DNA of 64,000 nucleotides from an uncultured virus (IMG/VR IMGVR_UViG_3300047157_000144) (Duplodnaviria; Heunggongvirae; Uroviricota; Caudoviricetes): the IMG/VR virus record IMGVR_UViG_3300047157_000144; one strand, given 5' to 3'. Under the pieces are notes generated by a model that did not search any database, had not been told where the DNA came from, and was given only the letters and a program-made list of their open reading frames with translations. Below are positions 1 through 11,484 of this stretch, piece by piece. The first letter of the stretch is position 1. The number at the start of each line of letters is the position of its first letter. Both the position numbers and the translations under genes were made by a program.

Positions 1-2
1 AT

Positions 3-155
3 TTGAAAGGTGAGGTTGTTTCAATTGGAGAGAAAACAGAAGCTATTAAATGTTGTGATATTATACATTATGATAGAAACGCTGGACACGAAATAATATT
101 TGACAACCAAACATACATCGTAATTAAACAGCAAGACGTTGTTATAGTAGAATGA
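3..155 (+). CDS. groES: GroES co-chaperonin, C-terminal part (5'-truncated by the window edge)
   Basis: Manual translation LKGEVVSIGEKTEAIKCCDIIHYDRNAGHEIIFDNQTYIVIKQQDVVIVE* fits the GroES C-terminal pattern. groEL begins at the other end of the window. Confidence 0.8.
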   Translation: MKGEVVSIGEKTEAIKCCDIIHYDRNAGHEIIFDNQTYIVIKQQDVVIVE

Positions 156-592
156 GAATAGAAGCAGCAGACCTTCGGGAAATGCAACTTTTTAAATACT
201 ACAGGCTAGTTCGTAAATGGGCTTGTAAATCAAATAGTTTAACTGATGCGGACTTAGAATTGCTAATATATTTTGATTGCATTGGGCGATTTACACGTAA
301 TGATTACATTAACGGTACTTACCTCATGAGTTGGGACAAAGCTAGATGGGAAAAACTTCGCAAAAATGGCTGGATAGACGTATGGAGACACCGTAATCGT
401 ACTACAATTAAATATTCTATATTCCAAACTTCATTCAAATCAAAAAGATTAATTACACGCATTTATAATATTCTGCTAGGTAAAGAAGACATACCTATAT
501 CAGAACAGAATGTGTTTTACAAAAACAAATCATATACTGATAAAGTTTTTAATAAAGCTATAGACGATATGATAAAAGATAAAAATAGATAA
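152..592 (+). CDS. hypothetical phage protein, possibly winged-helix
   Basis: 146-aa ORF coupled to groES by ATGA. Confidence 0.6.
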   Translation: MRIEAADLREMQLFKYYRLVRKWACKSNSLTDADLELLIYFDCIGRFTRNDYINGTYLMSWDKARWEKLRKNGWIDVWRHRNRTTIKYSIFQTSFKSKRLITRIYNILLGKEDIPISEQNVFYKNKSYTDKVFNKAIDDMIKDKNR

Positions 593-594
593 TT

Positions 595-696
595 ATGCCA
601 AAAGATTACAAAACAGGTAAAAAGAAAGCTTACAAAAAACTTGTAAAGGGCAAAGCTAAAAAAGTAAACAAAAGAAGAAGCGGTTATGGCAAGTAA
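595..696 (+). CDS. small Lys-rich protein (33 aa)
   Basis: Manual translation MPKDYKTGKKKAYKKLVKGKAKKVNKRRSGYGK; fills the gap between ORFs. Confidence 0.55.
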   Translation: MPKDYKTGKKKAYKKLVKGKAKKVNKRRSGYGK

Positions 697-967
697 AGGA
701 GCACCTTCAAGAAAAAAATCTAAAGGTTACTATAGTAAGAAAGGTGGCATGACTAAAAAAGGTGTTGCTAAATATAGAAAAGATAACCCAGGTAGTAAAT
801 TAAAAACAGCTGTTACAACAAAACCATCTAAATTAAAGAAGGGTAGTAAAGCTGCGAAAAGACGTAAATCTTTTTGCGCTAGAATGTCAGGCGTTAAAGG
901 ACCGATGAAAGACAGTAAAGGAAGACCAACAAGAAAAGCATTAGCTTTAAGAAAATGGAATTGTTAA
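686..967 (+). CDS. small basic protein, putative DNA-binding/core protein
   Basis: 93 aa, very K/R rich, RRKSFCARM...ALRKWNC. Confidence 0.65.
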   Translation: MASKGAPSRKKSKGYYSKKGGMTKKGVAKYRKDNPGSKLKTAVTTKPSKLKKGSKAAKRRKSFCARMSGVKGPMKDSKGRPTRKALALRKWNC

Positions 968-968
968 T

Positions 969-1088
969 ATGAAAAATAAATTTACTAGTAAAACCGCAAA
1001 GCTTGCACCACCGTACGATAAGCTAACAAAAGCTGATTTCGCAGTGTTAAGAGCTAAAAAGAAAAAAAAGAAAACTAAAAAGAAATAA
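969..1088 (+). CDS. small basic protein (39 aa)
   Basis: Manual translation MKNKFTSKTAKLAPPYDKLTKADFAVLRAKKKKKKTKKK. Confidence 0.55.
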   Translation: MKNKFTSKTAKLAPPYDKLTKADFAVLRAKKKKKKTKKK

Positions 1089-1095
1089 ATAAACA

Positions 1096-1386
1096 ATGGC
1101 AGAACTTGACTTAGACAAGATCAAAAAACAAAAATTCAATATCAGTATAGAGAACTTAGTTACTATAGGCGCTGTAGTAGTTACGGTAGTTGGTATGTGG
1201 TACTCGCTACAAGCTGATATAGAACTGGCAAAGGAATTACCTGAACCACCAGTTTCAAGAACGGAATACGATTTAAAAGATCAATTAATTAGAGAAACTA
1301 TTATATCTACTGAAGAAAAAGTAGATGCTAATTCAGAAAAGCTTGACAAAATTGATGAAAAGCTTTATGAAATAATTAAAAAATAA
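1096..1386 (+). CDS. single-TM protein with C-terminal coiled coil
   Basis: Hydrophobic LVTIGAVVVTVVGMWY followed by a heptad-rich tail. Confidence 0.6.
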   Translation: MAELDLDKIKKQKFNISIENLVTIGAVVVTVVGMWYSLQADIELAKELPEPPVSRTEYDLKDQLIRETIISTEEKVDANSEKLDKIDEKLYEIIKK

Positions 1387-1388
1387 TT

Positions 1389-1704
1389 ATGAAAAAATTA
1401 ATTACTATTTTATTTTTATTCTTAAGTTCATTTGCATATTCTCAGGACGTTACGGTTGTTCATTTTAATTACAAATGGAATTCAAAAAAATGATTATTCA
1501 AAACTTAAATCTATTAAAAGAGCTAGTGTTTCAAAAGCATTTGTTGAAGAACAAGGTGAAGATTTAAAAAACAGTATTAAATCTGTTCCAGTAATAATTA
1601 TTTTTAGAAACGGTAAACCAGTCGCTAGAATAGAAGCGGGGTTAAGCATGAAAATAGAAGCAAGACTTGAAGACATTCAAGAGCTTGTAGACAGAAACAA
1701 TTAA
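1389..1704 (+). CDS. secreted thioredoxin-fold-like protein without CxxC (apparent frameshift in the A7 run at 1484-1490)
   Basis: ATG 1389 gives signal peptide MKKLITILFLFLSSFAYSQ then VVHFNYKWN; the second frame continues IKSVPVIIIFRNGKPVARIEAG (thioredoxin cis-Pro region). Confidence 0.5.
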
Positions 1705-1708
1705 TAAT

Positions 1709-1864
1709 ATGAAATCAAAAGGGTTGGGTGATTCTATAGAAAAGATCACAAAAAAAACAGGGATTAAACACATGGTCGATACTATATCAGAAGGATTAAA
1801 TATACCATGCGGATGCCAAGGCAGAAAAGACGCCTTAAATAAAATATTCCCATATAAAAAATAA
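1709..1864 (+). CDS. small hypothetical protein (51 aa, CGC motif)
   Basis: Manual translation MKSKGLGDSIEKITKKTGIKHMVDTISEGLNIPCGCQGRKDALNKIFPYKK. Confidence 0.6.
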   Translation: MKSKGLGDSIEKITKKTGIKHMVDTISEGLNIPCGCQGRKDALNKIFPYKK

Positions 1865-1869
1865 TAAAA

Positions 1870-2151
1870 ATGATATTAATAGCAATAGCAGTAATTGAAG
1901 CAATAATTATAGCTTATTTAATTATGCTCCACACAGGAAAAATAAAAGATGCTGATGGCGATTTTATCGCTGATTCAGTAGAAGCAAAAGTTGAAGAAAT
2001 TCAAGTTAATGCTGTAAATAAATTAAATAGATTAAAAGCTGAATTAAAAGACGTAGCTACTTCTATAAAAGAGGTTGGGAATCAATTAGAAGATTTACCA
2101 AAATCACTTAAAGGCAAAAGAGCCGGAAGAAAAGCAAATGTCAAAAAATAA
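1870..2151 (+). CDS. membrane-anchored coiled-coil protein, possibly a lysis accessory
   Basis: N-terminal TM, coiled coil, adjacent to the holin-like gene. Confidence 0.5.
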   Translation: MILIAIAVIEAIIIAYLIMLHTGKIKDADGDFIADSVEAKVEEIQVNAVNKLNRLKAELKDVATSIKEVGNQLEDLPKSLKGKRAGRKANVKK

Positions 2152-2593
2152 AAAGAAATTAAAAGATACAGCGGTTGGTAAATTTTTAGCAGGTGCTGGT
2201 TCTGATATAATAGGTAGTCTTGGCGACGTCTTGCCAGATAATGGTGTTTTTGGATTAGTTAAAAACTTAATTAAAAAAGACCCTGAACTACCTGCGGAAG
2301 ATAAAGAAAAGGCTTTAGCGCTGCTAAATCAAGATACTATTGAAATGCAAGAAGTATCTAAGCGATGGAAGGCGGATATGCAATCTGATTCATGGCTTTC
2401 GAAAAATACAAGACCAATGACACTGATTTTTTTAACAGTAGCTATGGTCTTATTAATATTTATAGACTCTACCGGGTTAGATTTTAGTGTAGATGGTGGG
2501 TGGGTAGATTTATTAAAATCTCTTCTTATTACTGTTTATGTAGCATATTTTGGATCTCGTGGAGCTGAGAAATTTAAAACAATAAGTAAATAA
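2138..2593 (+). CDS. holin-like protein (GTA 3TM holin type)
   Basis: RWKADM-SDSWLSKNTRP followed by two TM segments and YFGSRG-EK. Confidence 0.7.
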   Translation: MSKNKKKLKDTAVGKFLAGAGSDIIGSLGDVLPDNGVFGLVKNLIKKDPELPAEDKEKALALLNQDTIEMQEVSKRWKADMQSDSWLSKNTRPMTLIFLTVAMVLLIFIDSTGLDFSVDGGWVDLLKSLLITVYVAYFGSRGAEKFKTISK

Positions 2594-2627
2594 TTATGTG
2601 TAACTGTGAAATTTGTATTTGTAGATA

Positions 2628-3329
2628 ATGGCTAGATTAAACACCTATTTAACTGACACCGTAATTCAAGACGGTGACAAGTGGATTGGAACTGATTCTC
2701 AGAGTGGTAAAACAAGAAATTTTACACCCCAGGGATTAGCTACTAATTTCAATGACACTGGTAAAATAGGTATAGGTGGTCAAATACCCTATGTGTTTAG
2801 TACACAAGGAGCCCCAAATAGAAATGTAGGAACTATGTCTTTTGCCGCAGGAGATGGTAATAATACCGCATTTTCTGCTATAACAAATTTAGTATTAAGT
2901 AAAACAACCAACGGGGGAACTGTTGTAACAGAATATTTACAATACTTAGAAGACAATGTTATATTTATTTATCAATTAGACGATGTAAACAAATTTGGTA
3001 AATATTCTTTAACAGCATTAGCAGATAGATCTGGAGAAACAACATTTTTTGACGCTACCTTGATATTTTCAGAAGGAAACGGAAGTTTAACAACTGGAAA
3101 AACATACGGGATTGTTCAGGGCCCAAGTGATGTAGATAAAAACTTTGTGTTTACGCAAGGGTCTGCGTCTAATAGCTGGACAGTAAATCATAATTTAGAA
3201 AAATTCCCATCAGTAACAGTAGTAGATTCTGCTAATAATGTTGTTGTGGGCCATATAACATACACAAACACTAACTCATTAACAGTAAGTTTTTCTTCAT
3301 CATTTTCAGGAAAAGCATATATAAACTAA
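2628..3329 (+). CDS. tail fibre/structural protein
   Basis: T/S/G-rich beta protein with C-terminal WTVNHNL-KFPSVTVVD module; starts the fibre block. Confidence 0.6.
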   Translation: MARLNTYLTDTVIQDGDKWIGTDSQSGKTRNFTPQGLATNFNDTGKIGIGGQIPYVFSTQGAPNRNVGTMSFAAGDGNNTAFSAITNLVLSKTTNGGTVVTEYLQYLEDNVIFIYQLDDVNKFGKYSLTALADRSGETTFFDATLIFSEGNGSLTTGKTYGIVQGPSDVDKNFVFTQGSASNSWTVNHNLEKFPSVTVVDSANNVVVGHITYTNTNSLTVSFSSSFSGKAYIN

Positions 3330-3336
3330 CCAAACA

Positions 3337-4392
3337 ATGGCTTTAAAATATTTAACACATATAGATTTAAATAAAAATCAATTACAGAATGCTGTGATTC
3401 ACCCTTTGGGTACCGCGCCTTCTGGTCCGGTTGAGGGTCAAATATATTACGATTCCACAGCTGGAGATAAAAAAGTATACATATATAATGGTACAGCATG
3501 GACTAATATATCCGGTGATATATCAGCGGTTGTAGCAGGTAATGCTTTAACTGGTGGGGGGACTGATGGTTCTGTAACATTAAATGTAGCAGTAGATGAT
3601 AGCACAATAGCTATTGCTTCTGATGCGCTAAAAGTAAAAGACGGAGGAATAGGATCAACACAACTTGCGGCTACATCTGTAACAGCGGGCGCTTATGGTT
3701 CTTCATCTGCAATACCAACATTCACAGTAGATGCTGATGGTCGTTTAACAGCAGCTGGTACAGCTTCAATAACAACAACATTAGATATTGCAGCAGATTC
3801 AGGAACAGATAACGGTGTTGTTTTAGGAACAGACACATTAACAGTAGCAGGTACAGCTAATGAGATTGTAACATCTGTATCAGGCGATACAATTACAGTA
3901 GCTCTTCCAGACAATGTTACAATCGGAGGGAACTTAATAGTAACTGGTAATTTAACAGTTTCAGGGACAGTAACTACAGTAAATACTGAAACAATACTTT
4001 TAGCTGACAACATAATTACTCTTAATAGTAACGCGACAGGTACACCATCAGAAAATGCTGGTATTGAGGTTGAAAGAGGCTCATCTACAAATGTAGTTCT
4101 TAGATGGAATGAAACAAATGATAATTGGGAATTAACAAATGACGGCTCAACATATTATGATATTGCAACCACAGCAGATTCATTTAAAGGATCAATAGGA
4201 GATGGATCAGCTACATCATATACAGTAACGCATAACTTAGGTACAAGGGATGTATTAGTTGAACTTTATGATGCTTCAAGTTATGAAACAGTTATAGCTG
4301 ATGTAACAAGAACTTCTACAAGTGTTGTAACAGTAGCATTTACAGTTGCTCCTGCATCAAACGATATTAGAGTTCTAATTAGAAAAATTTAA
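3337..4392 (+). CDS. tail fibre protein
   Basis: T/G/A-rich, GNLTVSGTVTTVNT spike repeat, C-terminal VTHNLGTRDV module. Confidence 0.65.
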   Translation: MALKYLTHIDLNKNQLQNAVIHPLGTAPSGPVEGQIYYDSTAGDKKVYIYNGTAWTNISGDISAVVAGNALTGGGTDGSVTLNVAVDDSTIAIASDALKVKDGGIGSTQLAATSVTAGAYGSSSAIPTFTVDADGRLTAAGTASITTTLDIAADSGTDNGVVLGTDTLTVAGTANEIVTSVSGDTITVALPDNVTIGGNLIVTGNLTVSGTVTTVNTETILLADNIITLNSNATGTPSENAGIEVERGSSTNVVLRWNETNDNWELTNDGSTYYDIATTADSFKGSIGDGSATSYTVTHNLGTRDVLVELYDASSYETVIADVTRTSTSVVTVAFTVAPASNDIRVLIRKI

Positions 4393-4402
4393 AATATAAC
4401 TC

Positions 4403-6732
4403 ATGGGTGTAAAATTTAAGTCACCGCTAGAGCTATCGGGGCATCGATCTATATTACATACAGACGCTGCTCAGACTTTGGTTGTTAAGGTTATTTCAAA
4501 AACTACAGCACATCCAGAGCAAGGTAACGGTAGTTCAAGCGGATATACAATAGACGGTGTTGAAGGGGCTTATTTAGAGTTTACACCAGGTAATACTTAT
4601 AAATTTGATCAGTCTGATAACTCAAATAGTAATCATCCATTAAGATTTTATACGGATGCTGCTAAAACAACAGCATACACAACAGGAGTAACAACAAGTG
4701 GTACAGCGGGTAATTCAGGGGCATACACTCAAATTATACCAACTACATCAACACCTCCTGTTTTATTTTATCAATGTAGCGCTCACAGTTTAATGGGTAG
4801 TTATGTTAAATTTGGTACGGCTACAGCAGCTGGTTCAAATACAACATATACGATAAATAGTGTTACAAGTGGTAGTGATGCAATAATAAGATTAACGGGT
4901 AGTGATTCATCAACAGATGATGTAACATTAGAAGCTGGAAATAATATAACTATATCAGAAACTGGCGATACTATAACTATAGCTTCAACATCATCTGGCA
5001 GCGTAACTGAAGCTTTTAAAACAATTTCTGTATCAGGACAAAGTGATGTAGTCGCAGATAGCGCAACAGATACATTAACTTTAGCAGCAGGATCAAATGT
5101 TACAATTACAACAACAGCAGGATCTGATACTATAACTTTTGCATCAACAGATACAAACACAACATATACTGCAGGAACGGGGATTAGTTTAGCAGGTACA
5201 ACTTTTGCTTTAAACGCTGCAATAGAAAATTTAACTAATGTTTCTAGCTCATCTCCATCATCGGGGCAAGTATTAAAATGGGATGGAAGTCAGTGGGCCC
5301 CTGGAACAGACTCAGCAGGAGCAGGCGCTAGTAATTCATTTGAAACAATAGCAATAGCAGGTCAAACAAGTGTTGTCGCAGATAGTGCTACAGATACACT
5401 AACTTTAGCGGCAGGTAACAATATTACTTTAACTACTAATGCAAGTACGGATACAATTACAATCGCATCATCTGGCGGATCATCACAATTAGTAGCGCAA
5501 AAAAATACTTTTACAGGTAATGGAAGTGCAACCGCTTACACATTATCATCAACAGTTGCAGATGAGGCAAGAACACAGGTTTATATAGATGGTGTTTATC
5601 AAAGTAAAGATACATATTCAACAAGCGGTACGACATTAACTTTTAGTGCAGCCCCACCAAATACAGCTGCAATTGAAGTAATACATTTTACAACACTATC
5701 AGGGGGATTATCAAAGGTCGATACATTTACAGGTAATGGTAGTACAACCGCTTTTGCGGGTAGCATGAGTATTAATGATGAAAACAATACTCAAATATAC
5801 ATTGATGGTGTTTATCAATCAAAAAGTAATTATTCTACATCGGGTAGCACTGTAACATTTTCAACTGCACCGCCAAACGGCTCAGATATTGAATTAGTGC
5901 ATTTTAAGGAGCTTTCTTTATCTGGTATGAGTAATGATACATTTACTGGAAATGGAAGTGCTACAGCATTTACTTTAGGAGCTGAAGTAACAGATGAAAA
6001 TAATACATGGGTATTTATAAACGGTGTATATCAGGATAAGAGTGTGTATAGCATTTCAGGAACTACACTTACATTTTCAACAGCACCACAAAATGGTTAT
6101 GGTATTGAAGTAATGAAGTTAGGTAATGTATCTGTAACAGCAAATGCTTTAACAACAAATAGTTTTACAGGTAATGGTTCAACAACAGCATACACATTAG
6201 GTGTAACGCCTGCTAGCTTACATGCGGTAAACGCTTATATATCTGGATTAAGACAAGATAATAGTACTTTAAGTTTATCAGGTAATACTTTAACATTTAG
6301 TACAGCACCACCAAGTGGAGCATCAATTGAAATAAGAAGTATAGGTGGTATAAATGCAACATCAGTTGTTTCACCATCAAGTGTAACAGCAGGAACAGGT
6401 ATAAGTGTTGCAAATCCATCAGAGGGTAATTTTGTTATTACAAATACACTTTCTACTGATTATAATGTATCAGTAATAAATTCAGCAACAACAGCTGTTA
6501 AAAATACTTTATATGTATTTACAGGAAGTGCGGCTTTAACGCTACCAGCAGGTGTAGTTGGTAATTCAATTAAAATTAGTAATAGATCAGCAACACAACC
6601 TGCACAATACTTCCTAATGGAACAGATAAAATAATGGGTAGTAATACTACAATGACATTAAATACAGCAGCAGCAAGTTTTGAATTAATATTTTCAGGAA
6701 CAGCCCAAGGATGGGTAATAATAGGACAATAA
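4403..6732 (+). CDS. tail fibre protein with tandem repeats (apparent frameshift near 6590; true stop about 6732)
   Basis: Two VVADSATDTLTLAAG repeats and four FTGNGS..VYIDGVYQ..TLTFSTAP modules; the alternative frame continues ...SFELIFSGTAQGWVIIGQ*. Confidence 0.7.
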
Positions 6733-6733
6733 T

Positions 6734-7315
6734 ATGAGTAACTTTACAGATTTTTTCGCAGCAGCAGCAGGTGGAGGTAGTATGCCAAAATACCAAGATT
6801 TTACATCTAGTGGTAATTTCACGCCGTCGCAAGCTTTAATAGACGCAGGAGGTAGAGTAGGATATTTTGCAGTTGGAGGGGGAGAAAGAGGCTGGCAGGA
6901 TAATGTAGTTGCGGGTGGAGCTGGAGGTAGAGTAGTTTGGGGATATGATACATTAACATCAACAAGTGCTTGTGCTGTTACAATTGGAGCGGGTGGTAGT
7001 GGAAGTGCTAATGCAAATGGGGGAAATACAACTATAGCTTTTAATTCAGCAGGAGGAACAGCTATAACAGCCCAAGGGGGAAGTAATTTAACAACGCCTA
7101 ATCATCCAGGATTTGGTGCGGCTTCGAGAGATACTTATTATGCGAGTGCAGCTTCATCAGGGTTTTTTGGTGGTTATGGTGCTGGTGGTGCGCCTAGTGC
7201 AGGTGCCTATGATAATTCAGGTGGTGTATTGTCGCCTTATGCAAATACAGGTAATGGTTCATATAAAAATAATAATGCAGCAAGTGGGTTTGTTAGAATA
7301 ATTTGGTTTGAATAA
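6734..7315 (+). CDS. glycine-rich tail fibre tip protein
   Basis: Gly-rich, FTSSGNFTP...VGGG...VTIGAGG...SGFVRIIW. Confidence 0.6.
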   Translation: MSNFTDFFAAAAGGGSMPKYQDFTSSGNFTPSQALIDAGGRVGYFAVGGGERGWQDNVVAGGAGGRVVWGYDTLTSTSACAVTIGAGGSGSANANGGNTTIAFNSAGGTAITAQGGSNLTTPNHPGFGAASRDTYYASAASSGFFGGYGAGGAPSAGAYDNSGGVLSPYANTGNGSYKNNNAASGFVRIIWFE

Positions 7316-7326
7316 AATACATTAAA

Positions 7327-7665
7327 ATGGCTAGATACGGAATTATAGAAAACGATAAAGTAAAAGATATAATTATAGCAGATGCAGAATTTGCAGAAAG
7401 TTATGAGCATGACTTAATATTATTAGAAGATGATTTAATAAAAATAGGTTATAACTATGTAGATGGGGTATTTTCATATATCGAACCAGCTATAACAGAA
7501 GATCAAGCTAAACAGTGGAGAGATTCTGAATTACAAACTACAGATAGAATTGCTCAAACTCCAGATTATCCGAACAGAGATGCGTGGATTACATATAGAG
7601 AACAATTAAGAGATTGGCCTTCAACAGCTAATTTTCCAAATACAAAACCTTCTAAACCTGAATAA
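7327..7665 (+). CDS. tail fibre assembly chaperone-like protein
   Basis: WRDSEL-TTD...WITYREQLRDWP motif; follows a fibre gene. Confidence 0.65.
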   Translation: MARYGIIENDKVKDIIIADAEFAESYEHDLILLEDDLIKIGYNYVDGVFSYIEPAITEDQAKQWRDSELQTTDRIAQTPDYPNRDAWITYREQLRDWPSTANFPNTKPSKPE

Positions 7666-10432
7666 TGGCATTAACTAAATTAGATAAAAACCTTTTAGGA
7701 TTCAGTGACGATACTGATTTTGTAAAATTACCTTCAGGTACAACAGCTCAGAGACCAAGTTCGGCAGCTGCTGGACAGTTTAGGTTTAATACAACTATAA
7801 ATGATGCAGAGGTATATAATGGAACAGCTTGGGTAAGAATGGGAACAACCCCTCCTACATTTACCTCAGTAGATTACCCAGGAAACGACACTGCATTAGA
7901 TCCAGCAGGAGGGCAATCTCTTGTAATTAATGGTACTGTATTTAATACAAATGTAACAGTAACAATAGGAGGAACAACACCTTCTAGTATAACAAGAAAT
8001 TCAGCAACACAAATAACTGTAAATACACCGGCTAAAGCAGCGGGAACATATACTATTGTAATTGAAAATACAGATGGCGGAACAGCAACAGCTTCTAATG
8101 CGGTTTCATATAATGGAGTGCCAGCTTTACAAACGCAGCAGGAAGTTTAGGTACTGTTGAAGAAGGAGGAACAATTAATGTAACTGTAACAGCTGCTGAG
8201 CCAGATAGCGGCACAATTACATATGCGGTAACTTCTGGTGCTTTACCATCAGGAGCTTCATTAAATACTTCTACGGGAGCAATAACAGGAACAGCAAGTG
8301 CAGTATCAGGAGATACTACGAGTAATTTTACTATAACTGCTACCGATAATGAAAATCAATCAACAGGAAGAGCATTTACTTTTACTGTTACTAATAAATT
8401 ACCATCTTCAAGTTTTAATACAACTATTTACACTGGTAATGGCGGAACTCAATCTATTACAGGAGTTGGATTCAAGCCTGATTTTGTATGGATAAAACGA
8501 AGAAATTTGTCAAGAGACCACGCAGCTTTTGACTCAACAAGAGCTGCAGGAAATTATTTAACTCCAAATACAAATGGTCAGGAATATTTTCATAGCACTC
8601 TTTTAAATGCTTTTGGTACAGATGGTTTTACTGTCGGTAGTGCAGCAACAGTAAATGGAAGTGGTGATACGTATGCTGCTTGGTCTTGGAAGGTGAACGG
8701 AGGTACTACTGTTTCAGGATCGGGTACTAGAACTTCTTCAGTACTAAATCAAGTAAATCAAAGTGATGGAATTAGTATTACAACATTTACAGGAGCGAAT
8801 ACAACAGCTACAGACGGGGGGACTTTTACGCATGGCTTAGGTGTGGTACCTGATATGTTTATTGTAAAAACTAGAAATAATTCAGACAGCTGGTTTATAT
8901 GGCATAAAAACTTAGGAAATACAACTACACAAGCTGTTAGATTCTCAGACGCGGCTCAACAAGCTAATGCGGCTTTTTGGAATAGTACTGCACCAACTTC
9001 TACTCATATTAGTCTTGGAAGTGGAATACTAGTTAATAACTGGACGTATGTTGCTTATGCTTTTAAATCTGTAACAGGGTTTTCTAAATTTGATACATAT
9101 GCAGGAACAGGGTCATCGACTATAGGCCAGTTAGTTGAAACAGGTTTTTCACCAGCATTAATAATGATTAAAAAAATAAGTGGCTCAGGAGACTGGAGGG
9201 TATATGATAATAAAAGAGGTAGTGTGTCAACTGATATTTATGATGGAAATAGGTACCCGCTTTACGCTAATTTATCAAATTCAGAAGGTAATGGTACAAA
9301 TGAAATTAGATTTTTAAACAATGGGTTTGAGGTAGGAACAGGCAATAACACTAATGATAGTGGATCTACTTATATATATGCAGCTTGGGCAGCTGATCCA
9401 GATGCAACCGCTCCTACTTTAGCTAATAGTTTTAATGCAAAAACATATACTGGTAATGGTGGTACAAAATCGATAACAGGTGCTGGATTTAAACCTAATT
9501 TAGTTTGGATAAAAGGTAGAAATTTTGCTGACAATCATAATATTGCTGATACTGTAAGAGGTGCAACAAAATTTGTATTTCCTAATTTGAGTTCACAAGA
9601 ATTTACAAGTGCTAATTATTTAACTTCTTTTGATTCTGATGGATTTTCGTTAGGCAGTGATGGTTCAATTAATGCAAATTCTAATACATTTGTAGCTTGG
9701 AATTTTAAAGCAAACGATGACATACCAGCTATAAACACAACAGGATCATATGATTCAATTGTTAGCGCTAACGATAATGCTGGGTTTTCAATAGTTAAAT
9801 ATAAAACAACAAGTTCTAGTACAGGTACGGTAGGGCACGGATTAAGTGCGGCCCCTACGTTTATTATAGCAAAAACACTAGATAGCTCAGCTAAATGGAG
9901 AGTATACCATTCAGCATTAGGGGCTACAAAATATGTTAATGTAAATGATGACTACGGCGCGGGTACATCATCAAATATATGGAATGATACCGCACCTACA
10001 TCAACGGTTTTTTCTGTAGGAAGTGACTTAGGACCAAGCACGGAGGAGGTGATTGCTTATTGTTGGAGAGATATATCTAATTATAGTAAATTTGGAACGT
10101 ATCAGGGGTATGGAAATTCACAAGTAAATACAATTTCTTTTGGATTTGCGCCAGATTTTGTTATAATTAAAAAGTCATCAGGAACGGGTGCATGGAGATT
10201 ATTTGATAGTGTAAGAGATGGAACAGATGGTACGCCTACAACTTCTCGCCCTTTAAGAATGAACCATATGTTAAGACCTAATTTAAATGGGGCTGAATAC
10301 GATGCTTCGAACGATTCAGTGGGTTATATGAATTTTACAAATGACGGAATAGAGTTTTCTACATCTCACACAAACACAGACTTAAATGAAAATGGAGCAA
10401 CGTATATATACGCAGCATTTAAAATAAATTAA
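7665..10432 (+). CDS. large tail fibre/adhesin A (IPT/TIG + Ig-like + repeated YTGNG..GFKPD.VWIK modules; apparent frameshift near 8127)
   Basis: ORFs 7665-8150 and 8507-10432 join into one paralogue of 12542-15871 (GVPAF vs GIPAF) if one T is restored; the 8130-8507 frame is open. Confidence 0.7.
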
Positions 10433-10445
10433 TAAATAAACAAAA

Positions 10446-11015
10446 ATGGCAATAACAAAAGTAACAGCAAACGTATTAGCGGATAATGCGGTAACAGCAG
10501 CAAAATTTGCTGATGGATCAGTAACTACTGCAAAAATAGCAGCAGACGCTATTACAGCGGCTAAAATTGCTGATGATGCAATTAATTCAGAACATTATAC
10601 CGATGGTAGTATTGACACAGCTCATATAGCCGATAACCAAGTAACTGCAGCCAAAATAGCAGATAATAATATTACGCATGATAAATTAGAAAACAGATAT
10701 ACTGTTTTAAGCGCATTAGGAACTGGAACAAACCAAACATTAGATTTTTCAGCAGCTACTACATTTACAGCAACAATGAATGGCAATGCAACTTTTACTA
10801 TAACTAATCCAAAGCAAGGGCAGGTTGTAGATTTAATATTAGCAGGAAATCACACCCCAACATTAGCAATGAGTGGTGCTACGTTTAATAAAACAGGTAG
10901 TATAGATTATGATGGATCAACGACAAATTTAATACAAATACTTGTAGCAGATGATTCAGCAAGTGAAATATTTTACTATTCAGTAGCTCCAATAACATCT
11001 GATACAACACCATAA
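10446..11015 (+). CDS. fibre protein with VTAAKIAD decapeptide repeats
   Basis: About seven imperfect 10-aa repeats in the N-terminal half. Confidence 0.6.
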   Translation: MAITKVTANVLADNAVTAAKFADGSVTTAKIAADAITAAKIADDAINSEHYTDGSIDTAHIADNQVTAAKIADNNITHDKLENRYTVLSALGTGTNQTLDFSAATTFTATMNGNATFTITNPKQGQVVDLILAGNHTPTLAMSGATFNKTGSIDYDGSTTNLIQILVADDSASEIFYYSVAPITSDTTP

Positions 11016-11019
11016 TAAT

Positions 11020-11484
11020 ATGAAAGCAATACAAATAGACGGAAAAATAAAAGTATATAATCCACTTCCTAATTCATGGGAAGGAGTAATGGGTAATTTT
11101 AGCGAATTATCAGATGAAGAAATAAAAGCTTATGGGTTTTATGACGTTATTGTACCTGAGCATAATAGCAAGGTTGAACAATTATCAAATATATTTTGGG
11201 ACTCAGATAACGAAGTTTTTACATATACTGTTAGTGATAAAGAATGGGTCCAGTCATTAGAAGAGATGAAAGAAGGAAAAATAAAAGGTTTGAATACGAA
11301 CGCTTTAAGTAAGTTAAGTAAAACTGATTGGTATATTACAAGAAAAACAGAAAAAAATATTGATATACCAGAAGCTATAACAACTGAAAGGGATGCTATA
11401 AGAACACAAGTAGATACAAAAGAAGCAGAAATAAACGCTTTAACAACTAAAAAAGCTGTAGCAGAGTACAGCACGTTAATATGA
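11020..11484 (+). CDS. tail fibre assembly chaperone-like protein
   Basis: LSKTDWYITRKTE..IPEAITTERDAIR motif. Confidence 0.55.
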   Translation: MKAIQIDGKIKVYNPLPNSWEGVMGNFSELSDEEIKAYGFYDVIVPEHNSKVEQLSNIFWDSDNEVFTYTVSDKEWVQSLEEMKEGKIKGLNTNALSKLSKTDWYITRKTEKNIDIPEAITTERDAIRTQVDTKEAEINALTTKKAVAEYSTLI

